The notes below the pieces were generated by a model, which searched no databases, was not told the DNA's origin, and worked only from the letters and a program-made list of their open reading frames with translations. A DNA stretch of 64,000 nt from positions 1,242,546 through 1,306,545 of the forward strand of contig OY776633.1 in assembly GCA_963675855.1 (NCBI GenBank). Direction: 5' to 3'. Every line of letters begins with the position of its first letter. The stretch's first letter is position 1. This DNA is from Christensenellaceae bacterium (GTDB lineage: Bacteria; Bacillota; Clostridia; Christensenellales; CAG-138). The position numbers and the translations under genes are program-made. Shown in pieces: positions 48,433-55,377 of the stretch.

Positions 48433-49512
48433 TTGGAAGGTAAGGAAACGCGCGCAAACAAATTAAACGAACTGTTCGAAACAGGCAAGCAGAAGGGCAT
48501 GCTCACCTATAAGGAGATCATGGACGCGCTTGAGGAACTCGAACTCGATCAGGAACAGATCGAGAAGATTTACGATCATCTCGAGGAGTTGAATATCGAT
48601 ATCGTCGAGGACGTCGAGCTGCCCGAGGACATCAATCAGGAGATCGCCGAGATCGAATCCACGCTCGTCGCCGTAGAGGGAATCAACATCGACGACCCCG
48701 TACGCATGTATCTCAAAGAGATCGGCAAGGTTCCCCTGCTGACGGCGATTCAGGAGGTGGAGATCGCGCAGCGCATGGCGGAAGGCGACCCGGACGCGAA
48801 GCATGAGCTCGCCGAAGCGAACCTGCGTCTCGTCGTTTCGATCGCAAAGCGCTACGTCGGGCGCGGTATGCTGTTTCTCGACCTGATTCAGGAGGGAAAC
48901 CTCGGTTTGATCAAAGCGGTGGAGAAATTCGATTACCGCAAAGGTTATAAATTTTCGACGTATGCCACCTGGTGGATCCGCCAGGCGATCACCCGCGCCA
49001 TCGCGGACCAAGCGCGCACCATCCGCATCCCCGTGCACATGGTGGAGACGATCAACAAGCTCATCCGCGTAAACCGGCAGCTCGTGCAGGAATACGGCCG
49101 GGACCCGCGACCGGACGAGATTGCAAAAGAGATGGGCATCACGGAAGATAAAGTGCGCGAGATCATCAAGATCGCGCAGGAGCCGGTGTCGCTCGAAACG
49201 CCGATCGGCGAGGAGGATGACTCCCACCTTGGCGACTTCATCCCCGATGACGACGCACCCGCGCCCGCGGAAGCGGTCGCCGTAACGCTGCTCAAAGAGC
49301 AGCTCATGGACGTGCTCAACTCGCTCACGCAGAGGGAGGCGAAGGTGCTCAGGCTTCGCTACGGCCTCGACGACGGCAAGGCGCGCACGCTTGAGGAAGT
49401 CGGCAAGGAGTTCAACGTTACCCGCGAGCGCATCCGCCAGATCGAGGCGAAAGCGCTCCGCAAACTCCGCCACCCGAGCCGCAGCAAGCGCCTGAAGGAT
49501 TTTCTGGAATAA
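48433..49512 (+). CDS. sigA: RNA polymerase primary sigma factor (SigA/RpoD)
   Basis: [24 protein letters not shown] (region 2.4/3) and [28 protein letters not shown] (region 4.2). TTG 48433 lies 8 nt after AAGGAG. The in-frame TTG 48415, which overlaps the dnaG stop, is an alternative start. Confidence 0.94.
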   Translation: MEGKETRANKLNELFETGKQKGMLTYKEIMDALEELELDQEQIEKIYDHLEELNIDIVEDVELPEDINQEIAEIESTLVAVEGINIDDPVRMYLKEIGKVPLLTAIQEVEIAQRMAEGDPDAKHELAEANLRLVVSIAKRYVGRGMLFLDLIQEGNLGLIKAVEKFDYRKGYKFSTYATWWIRQAITRAIADQARTIRIPVHMVETINKLIRVNRQLVQEYGRDPRPDEIAKEMGITEDKVREIIKIAQEPVSLETPIGEEDDSHLGDFIPDDDAPAPAEAVAVTLLKEQLMDVLNSLTQREAKVLRLRYGLDDGKARTLEEVGKEFNVTRERIRQIEAKALRKLRHPSRSKRLKDFLE

Positions 49513-49526
49513 ACCGCGCCCGATCG

Positions 49527-49553
49527 ACCCGCCGCTTGCCGGCGGGTGTTTTC
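49527..49553 (+). terminator. Rho-independent terminator after sigA
   Basis: ACCCGCCG-CTTGC-CGGCGGGT hairpin followed by GTTTT. Confidence 0.7.
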
Positions 49554-49581
49554 GGCACAGTAAAAAAAGGATATTGCACGC

Positions 49582-50106
49582 ATGAAAATCGCAATCATCG
49601 GCTACAGCGGATCGGGAAAATCCACGCTGGCAAAACGCCTGGCGGACGACATCGGCATACGTCCGCTGTATCTCGACTGCGTACACTTCATGCCCGGCTG
49701 GTCGGAGCGTGAAACGGAAGAATCCCGCGACGTTGTGCGCCGGGAGCTGCAAAAAAAGGATTGGGTGATAGACGGTAATTACCGTCTGCTGCTGCGCGAA
49801 GAGCGGTTAAAGGATGCGGATGAGATCGTTTTTCTGAATTATCCGCGCATTGTATGTCTGATGCGGGCGCTCGGCAGGCACTCCGAATTTCGAAACAAAA
49901 CGAGGGAGAGCGCGGCGGGCGGTTGTATCGAAAAGATGGACTTCGAGTTCATATGGTGGATTTTATACAAAGGCAGGACGCGCGAGAAACGGAGCGGATA
50001 TAAAAACGTGATGTCGCGATATCCGGACAAAACCGTAGAGATACGAAATGACCGCGCGATGAGGCGTTATCTTCAGCAAAGGGCAAAAAGGGGAGTCCAG
50101 GCATGA
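49582..50106 (+). CDS. P-loop kinase-like protein (topology modulation/FlaR-like, adenylate-kinase fold)
   Basis: MKIAIIGYSGSGKSTLAKRLA is a Walker A motif at the extreme N-terminus. Its 174-aa size and layout fit this family. Confidence 0.7.
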   Translation: MKIAIIGYSGSGKSTLAKRLADDIGIRPLYLDCVHFMPGWSERETEESRDVVRRELQKKDWVIDGNYRLLLREERLKDADEIVFLNYPRIVCLMRALGRHSEFRNKTRESAAGGCIEKMDFEFIWWILYKGRTREKRSGYKNVMSRYPDKTVEIRNDRAMRRYLQQRAKRGVQA

Positions 50107-50786
50107 AACATTATCGAATTATCGACCAGCCGCCGATCAAATCCAAACGCCTGACCTATTCGCCGATGAACGCGAAAGAACTCTCCGCGCTCATCGAACG
50201 TGAAACGGACGAATGGAAAAAAGCGAGGCTGGACGAAAAGCGCCGGGGCATGGCCGATGATCCCGATCAGGCGCTCTGGCATACGGGTTGGCGGATTACG
50301 GTGAAAAAAACCGGCGAAACCGTTGGTTGGATCGGCTTTCGAGGCGCGCCGGAAGATCGTACGGCAGCAATGGAATGGCACATCGATCCGCGCCTGCGCG
50401 AAGAGGGGTTCGACAAGGAAGCGGCGAAAAGACTCTCCGACTGGGCGCTGACGCGTGAAAGCGTTTATTTCGTCCAAGTCCAGGCGGATGAAGACGATAC
50501 GGCGTTAAACGAAGCATTAAGAGAATTAAAGTACTATCGCGTCGAGAGCCCGATACAGGGAAAGACGCATTGGGAACTGGAGCGTCCTGCGAGCGCTTGG
50601 CTTGCGATATACCTCTGTATCGGCCTTGGTGCGGGGATATCGCTGGGATCGGCGCTTTTCGACTCCGAGATCATAGGTATGGCCATTGGCGCCGGCGCGG
50701 GTCTATCGCTCGGAGCGGGGATGGACGCGCAGGATCGCGCGGCGAGGAAGCGCGAGCACGCGCCAAACAAACTCGACGCAAAATAA
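50103..50786 (+). CDS. GNAT-like N-acetyltransferase domain fused to a C-terminal glycine-zipper membrane segment
   Basis: The N-terminal ~165 aa look like a RimJ/RimL-type GNAT (RLTYSPMN..., GWIGF..., RLSDWAL). The C-terminus is WLAIYLCIGLGAGISLGSALF...IGMAIGAGAGLSLGAG. The ATGA overlap with the upstream gene suggests co-translation. Confidence 0.6.
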   Translation: MKHYRIIDQPPIKSKRLTYSPMNAKELSALIERETDEWKKARLDEKRRGMADDPDQALWHTGWRITVKKTGETVGWIGFRGAPEDRTAAMEWHIDPRLREEGFDKEAAKRLSDWALTRESVYFVQVQADEDDTALNEALRELKYYRVESPIQGKTHWELERPASAWLAIYLCIGLGAGISLGSALFDSEIIGMAIGAGAGLSLGAGMDAQDRAARKREHAPNKLDAK

Positions 50787-50817
50787 AGAGCAAATTGGAA
50801 GTGAATTTAATGGCATA

Positions 50818-50848
50818 TAAAAACGGCGGTTTCAGCCGCCGTTTTTTG
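50818..50848. terminator. Bidirectional rho-independent terminator between convergent genes
   Basis: AAAAACGGCGG-TTTCA-GCCGCCGTTTTTT has A and T tracts on both sides of the stem. Confidence 0.75.
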
Positions 50849-50862
50849 TCGCTTTGGTGCAG

Positions 50863-51942
50863 TCACCGCGAAGGCTGCGGATAGCGGTAGCGCTCGCCGC
50901 GGTAGTTTTCCAGCAGGACTTCGTGATTGTCCCTGCTGACGACGTAATCGTATCCGACCGGGATTTTTCCGCCGCCGCCCGGCGCGTCGATGACGTACCT
51001 GGGCAGCGCGTAGCCGGAGATGCTGCCCGTAAGCGCGTGCATGATGTCGATGCCTGTTTCCACGCGTGTCCGAAAATGGCCTATGCCGCAGCTGAGATCG
51101 CACTGATAGAGGTAATATGGGCGCACACGCATCTTTACAAGCCCGAGCAGCAGCCTTCTCATCGTCTCCACGTCGTCGTTGACGCCGCGTAAAAGCACCG
51201 TCTGGTTGCCGAGCGGGATGCCCGCGTCCACGATAGCCGCGCATGCGCGTTCCGCCTCGGGCGTGAGTTCCTTCGGGTGGTTGAAGTGCGTGTTGATCCA
51301 GACCGGGTGGTATCGCCGGAGCATATCGGTCAGCTCCTGTGTGACGCGCATGGGCATCACGACCGGCACGCGCGTACCGATGCGGATAATCTCCACGTGC
51401 CCGATGGCGCGGATGGCGGAGATGATCCCTTCGAGTTTTGCGGTGCTCATGGTCAGCGGGTCGCCGCCGGAGATGAGCACGTCGCGTATTTCCGTATGCA
51501 AGCGGATATAGTCGAGCGCTTTTTGCAGCTGCGCCTGCGTGATGGATCGGTCCTCCTCGCCTACGGTTCTGCGGCGCGTGCAGTGCCGGCAGTACATGGA
51601 GCACTGCATGGTCACGAGCAGCAGTACGCGGTCGGGATAGCGGTGCACGAGGTGCGGCACGGGGCTGTCAGCAACTTCTGCGAGCGGATCGGCAAGGTCG
51701 TTTTCATCCTTATGCGTTTCAAGTATGGACGGTACCGCCTGCATGCGGATCGGGTCGCGCGGGTCGCTCGGATCGATCAGCGAGGCGTAGTATGGCGTAA
51801 TCGCCATACGGAACGCGCCGAGACAGGTTTTGATATCGGTTTGTTCCCGCGGCGTGAGCGGGAGCACGCTTTTAAGCTGTTCCACGGTCGTGATGCGGTT
51901 GGCAAACTGCCATTTCCAGTCGTTCCAGCGGGTTTCCATCAT
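50863..51942 (-). CDS. kamA: KamA-family radical SAM lysine 2,3-aminomutase-like enzyme (short form, 359 aa)
   Basis: WNDWKWQ, RMAITPYYASLIDP, CSMYCRHCTRR (CxxxCxxC), SGGDPL, YQCDLS and VIDAPGGGGK. Confidence 0.9.
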   Translation of the reverse strand: MMETRWNDWKWQFANRITTVEQLKSVLPLTPREQTDIKTCLGAFRMAITPYYASLIDPSDPRDPIRMQAVPSILETHKDENDLADPLAEVADSPVPHLVHRYPDRVLLLVTMQCSMYCRHCTRRRTVGEEDRSITQAQLQKALDYIRLHTEIRDVLISGGDPLTMSTAKLEGIISAIRAIGHVEIIRIGTRVPVVMPMRVTQELTDMLRRYHPVWINTHFNHPKELTPEAERACAAIVDAGIPLGNQTVLLRGVNDDVETMRRLLLGLVKMRVRPYYLYQCDLSCGIGHFRTRVETGIDIMHALTGSISGYALPRYVIDAPGGGGKIPVGYDYVVSRDNHEVLLENYRGERYRYPQPSR

Positions 51943-51957
51943 TTGTTCACCGCCGAT

Positions 51958-52989
51958 TCACAGCGCGAGGCCGGCGCGTGCCGCGCCTGCGCGGAGCACG
52001 GAATACACAAGGTCTTCGTGCTGAACGCCGCAGAACTCCGCGAGCATGGGATAGTCGCTGTAATGAGGCGCGAGTCCCGGCAGCGGATTGATCTCGATGA
52101 AGTAGACTTTTCCCGCTTCGTCCGTACGGAAGTCCACGCGCGCAAAATCCCTGCAATTGAGCGCGAGAAAGATTTTTTTCGACAGGCTGACGAGCTCCTT
52201 CTCAAGCCCCAGTGTAATCTCCGCGGGGCAGCGGTAGGAGACGTACTTTGTATATGCCTGTTTGACGGTGTAGTTATAGACGTTGAAACCTTTGATCGGC
52301 GAATCGTGGTAGATGATCTCCATCGGCGGGAACACTGCGGCGGAAGAGCCGTTGCCTAAAAGGCCGACGGTGAATTCGCGGCCGTGGACGAATTGCTCGG
52401 CAAGCACATCTCCGCCGTAAAGGTCGAAGTTTTTTTGTACAAGCGTTTTCAGCTGCGCGGCGTCTTCCGCGACGCAGAGATCCGGGATACCTTTGCTGGA
52501 GCCTTCTGCGTTCGGTTTGACGATCACGGGGTAGCGAAGCCCCGACGTGCGGATTGGCTCCCCGGGCGAAAACACGCGCCAGCGCGGCGTAGGCACGCGG
52601 TAGGTGGCCAGCAGCCGCTTGGCGAGCGCCTTGTCAAGCGCGAGGCAGAGCGCCGTTTCATCCGACCCGGTGTACGGTATCTGCAAGAGGTTCAGCAGAG
52701 CGGGCACCTGTGCTTCGCGCGCACGGCCTATGCTGCCCTCGGCGATGTTAAATACGATATCCGGACGTTCATAGCTCAATTTTTGCGGCAGGGCGTCGTC
52801 CGCCTCGAGCAAAACGGTATGCAACCCACGGCGCTTCAGCGCCGCTTCGATGGCGAGAACGGTGTCCATGCTGTCGAATTCGGCCTGATCGTCCGGCGCT
52901 TTTCCGGATGGCCGGTCGGCGTGCTTGAGGTTGTACGTTACGCCGACTTTGACTTGCCCGAGAGGAACATCTTCGGATTGGTTCTCCAT
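51958..52989 (-). CDS. ATP-grasp ligase of the D-Ala--D-Ala ligase superfamily (non-canonical)
   Basis: 343 aa with LQIPYTGS, YPVIVKPNAEGSSKGI, GREFTVGLLG and VYFIEINPLPGL. The N-terminal half does not carry the canonical Ddl HGxxGEDG motif. Confidence 0.85.
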   Translation of the reverse strand: MENQSEDVPLGQVKVGVTYNLKHADRPSGKAPDDQAEFDSMDTVLAIEAALKRRGLHTVLLEADDALPQKLSYERPDIVFNIAEGSIGRAREAQVPALLNLLQIPYTGSDETALCLALDKALAKRLLATYRVPTPRWRVFSPGEPIRTSGLRYPVIVKPNAEGSSKGIPDLCVAEDAAQLKTLVQKNFDLYGGDVLAEQFVHGREFTVGLLGNGSSAAVFPPMEIIYHDSPIKGFNVYNYTVKQAYTKYVSYRCPAEITLGLEKELVSLSKKIFLALNCRDFARVDFRTDEAGKVYFIEINPLPGLAPHYSDYPMLAEFCGVQHEDLVYSVLRAGAARAGLAL

Positions 52990-53043
52990 TTTGCATCACT
53001 TCGCTTTCACATAAAAAATAATAAACATACATGCTTTACGCAT

Positions 53044-53072
53044 GTTGTAACTCGATTGCAGACGTTTGTCAA
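53044..53072 (-). promoter_or_regulatory. Sigma-A-type promoter (TTGACA-17-TACAAC on the minus strand) for the ATP-grasp/kamA operon
   Basis: Read on the minus strand, TTGACA is 53072-53067 and TACAAC is 53049-53044. The leader to the ATG at 52989 is only ~45-50 nt. Confidence 0.45.
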
Positions 53073-53329
53073 TATGGAAATTGTGACGTTTTATTAACGA
53101 AATTTCCGTGTGTTTTTTTACGTCAGTTTCTTCTATAAAATATTGTATTTCCGGAAAGAAATGCGGTGCGACGATCAAACAGCGCGACCGTAATAACGGC
53201 GTGTTAAGAATGGATAAAGATTGGCTTCTTCCATATAAAGGCAGTATAAAGATTCGTAGAAACCCATTGATTCCCGCGGGGCTATTGCAGTACCATGCAG
53301 GCAAAAGAAATATAGGGAGGATGAATTCA

Positions 53330-53425
53330 ATGGCAATTGCATTAACCTTTATCGGCATCGTCGTCGTTTGCGCGCTCGTTTATTTCTTACTCGAGATCGC
53401 TGATAAGAATAAAAAAAAGAAATAG
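53330..53425 (+). CDS. Unannotated-type small ORF: 31-aa hydrophobic peptide with a Lys-rich tail
   Basis: It encodes MAIALTFIGIVVVCALVYFLLEIADKNKKKK. AGGGAGG ends 9 nt before the ATG at 53330, a hairpin lies downstream, and a possible TTGGCT-18-TATAAA promoter is at 53221-53250. Confidence 0.4.
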   Translation: MAIALTFIGIVVVCALVYFLLEIADKNKKKK

Positions 53426-53455
53426 CAACAGAGGCCCATAACGGAATCGCTCATG

Positions 53456-53487
53456 ACACCGCCGGCTGAAACAGCAAGGCGGTGTTT
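53456..53487 (+). terminator. Hairpin after the small ORF (short T tract)
   Basis: ACACCGCC...GGCGGTGT is an 8-bp stem with an inner GCTG/CAGC extension, followed by only TTT. Confidence 0.4.
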
Positions 53488-53510
53488 CAGTATGAAAATA
53501 TGCGCATATG

Positions 53511-53519
53511 TGATAAAAT
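53511..53519 (+). promoter_or_regulatory. Extended -10 element (TGaTAAAAT) upstream of the histidine kinase gene
   Basis: Read directly. It is flanked by ATATGCGCAT-type repeats (see findings). Confidence 0.35.
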
Positions 53520-53560
53520 ATCCGCATCAATAACGATAAACAAACGAAAAGCGCGCATAT

Positions 53561-54622
53561 ATGACCCAACGCATCAAACACACGATCAGGAATATCATCG
53601 TCACGATCGGCATTCTGTCCGCTGTGACAGGACTTAGCATGCTGCTGGACCGGCTGGACGACGTTTCGCACAGCGACGCATACGTCTCCATGCTCTTCAT
53701 ACTGGCGGTATTTCTCATCTCGCGTTTCACGGACGGCTATTTCTTCGGCCTCGCGGCGTCGCTATACGGCGTTTTGACCGTAAATTACTTTTTTACATTT
53801 CCATATTTCGAGTTTAATTTCTCCCTGCAGGGATATCCGATCACGATGGTCGCGTTGTTTTCCGTTTCCATGCTGACCAGCGCGCTCACGACGCGTATGA
53901 AGCGTCAGGAACGATCCCGCGCCGAGGCGCAGAAGGAGATGCTCAGGGGAGACTTGCTCCGCGCGATTTCCCACGATCTCCGGACCCCGCTTACTTCGAT
54001 CATAGGCGCGAACACTGCGCTGATGGAAAGCGGAAGCGCGTTGAACATAGAGCAGAGGATGGAGCTGCACCGAAATATAGAGGAGGAGTCGCAGTGGCTC
54101 CTCCGTATGGTCGAAAACCTGCTCTCCATCACACGCATTTCGGGCGACGGAGCAACGAAGATCACAAAAACGCCGGAAGCCGTGGAAGAGGTCGTGGCTG
54201 CGGCGGTGGAGAAAGCGCGTGCGCGCTTTCCTGAGTTTCCGGTCTATGTCAGCGTACCGCAGGATGTGCTGATCTGCCCGATGGACGCGCTTCTGGTGGT
54301 ACAGGCGTTGCTCAATTTACTCCAAAACGCGGCGCAACACGCGAAAGGCGCAACCAGCGCGCATGTCGTCTTTTCAAAAGAACAGAGGTGTGTAATAATC
54401 AGCGTGCAGGACGACGGTTGCGGTATGAAAAAAGAGCTGCTGAATCTGTATCGGAAATCAAGAACAGAGATCTGGACTGTTTTTGGCGACTCCGCAAGGA
54501 CGGCGGGAATCGGGCTGTCCGTTTGCGCGGCGATCGCCGCTGCGCACGGCGGCGGCTTGCGGTTGGAAAATATGGCCGGCGGCGGGCTATGCGCGTCTTT
54601 TATACTTCCGGTGGAGGAATAA
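53561..54622 (+). CDS. Sensor histidine kinase, KdpD C-terminal-like (DUF4118-type membrane domain + HisKA + HATPase)
   Basis: Four N-terminal hydrophobic segments resemble the KdpD membrane domain. The H-box is ISHDLRTPLTSI, and N/G boxes (LLQNAAQHA, AGIGLSVCAAI) are present. There is no KdpD N-terminal or Usp domain. Confidence 0.85.
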   Translation: MTQRIKHTIRNIIVTIGILSAVTGLSMLLDRLDDVSHSDAYVSMLFILAVFLISRFTDGYFFGLAASLYGVLTVNYFFTFPYFEFNFSLQGYPITMVALFSVSMLTSALTTRMKRQERSRAEAQKEMLRGDLLRAISHDLRTPLTSIIGANTALMESGSALNIEQRMELHRNIEEESQWLLRMVENLLSITRISGDGATKITKTPEAVEEVVAAAVEKARARFPEFPVYVSVPQDVLICPMDALLVVQALLNLLQNAAQHAKGATSAHVVFSKEQRCVIISVQDDGCGMKKELLNLYRKSRTEIWTVFGDSARTAGIGLSVCAAIAAAHGGGLRLENMAGGGLCASFILPVEE

Positions 54623-54625
54623 TGT

Positions 54626-55330
54626 ATGGATCACGCATACAGGATAATCGTTGTGGATGATGAACCGGGAATCAGCGGGTTTCTGAGTACAGTTTTATCC
54701 GCAAGCGGCTACGAGGTCGAGAAGGCTGCCAACGGCAAAGAAGCGCTCATGATGGTTTCCTCGCGCTGCCCGGACGCGGTGGTCCTCGACTTGGGGCTGC
54801 CGGATATGGACGGACAGAAGGTCATTTCCTCCGTCCGGGAATGGTCACGCGTACCGATACTCGTGGTTTCTGCCAGAACGCATGAACGTGATAAAGTCGG
54901 CGCGTTCGATCTGGGCGCGGACGACTACATCACGAAGCCGTTTTCTACGGGCGAATTCCTCGCGCGCGTGAAGACCGCCCTGCGTCACGCGGCGCGTGAA
55001 AATACACCGCAAGCCGAGCCAGCGGGGCGGTTCCGGCTGCAGGAGCTGACGGTGGACTTTGACAAACGCAGGGTGCTGCTCGGCGGCGCTGATGTGCATG
55101 TAACCCAGATCGAGTATCGGATCATCGAGATGCTTTGCAAAAACGCCGGCAGGATAATGACCTACGAAACGATCATGAAGCGGATATGGGGACCGAATTT
55201 GGCACAGGATCATCAGGTTCTACGTGTCAACATGGCGAATATCCGCAGAAAGCTGGAGACGAATCCGGCGGCGCCGCGGTATATCAAAACCGAGATTGGC
55301 GTCGGGTACTGGATGCCGGAAGAAGAATGA
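54626..55330 (+). CDS. OmpR-family response regulator, KdpE-like
   Basis: IIVVDDEP, VVLDLGLPDMDG, ILVVSARTHERDKVGAFDLGADDYITKPF and a winged-helix C-terminus (YIKTEIGVGYWM). Confidence 0.9.
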   Translation: MDHAYRIIVVDDEPGISGFLSTVLSASGYEVEKAANGKEALMMVSSRCPDAVVLDLGLPDMDGQKVISSVREWSRVPILVVSARTHERDKVGAFDLGADDYITKPFSTGEFLARVKTALRHAARENTPQAEPAGRFRLQELTVDFDKRRVLLGGADVHVTQIEYRIIEMLCKNAGRIMTYETIMKRIWGPNLAQDHQVLRVNMANIRRKLETNPAAPRYIKTEIGVGYWMPEEE

Positions 55331-55377
55331 AAGCGCCCGAAAATCGAGCGCTTTGTTCAGACCGCAGCGCGGCTTTT

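Noticed and set aside
46733-49752. Very long ORFs antisense to recognised genes. Examples are 46733-48043 (436 aa, opposite dnaG) and 48463-49752 (429 aa, opposite sigA). Others are 1733-2488, 5159-5944, 5994-6836, 14948-15862, 16133-17116, 30152-31234, 37903-38937, 42128-43027, 43377-44279, 51277-52359 and 55618-56616.
   Set aside because: These are typical high-GC artefacts. They lie exactly opposite strongly conserved genes. Their translations are Arg/Ala/His/Pro-rich with no recognisable motifs, and they lack RBS-like sequences.
52990-53043. I looked for a lysine (L-box) riboswitch or T-box in the leader of the ATP-grasp/kamA operon.
   Set aside because: The predicted leader is only ~45-50 nt, too short for either element. 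No conserved L-box-like helices were visible further upstream on the minus strand.
53100-53320. A c-di-AMP (ydaO/kimA-type) or other riboswitch in the AT-rich region upstream of the Kdp-like two-component genes.
   Set aside because: I could not find the conserved paired ACGGGGA/CCCGA-type elements; only an isolated CCCGCGGGG palindrome is present. An Infernal/Rfam scan would be the decisive test.
53108-53329. The long (105-aa) version of the small-peptide ORF, starting at GTG 53108.
   Set aside because: The upstream 74 codons are AT-rich and K/R/N-rich, and have no RBS. Only the last 31 codons follow a strong AGGGAGG RBS at proper spacing.
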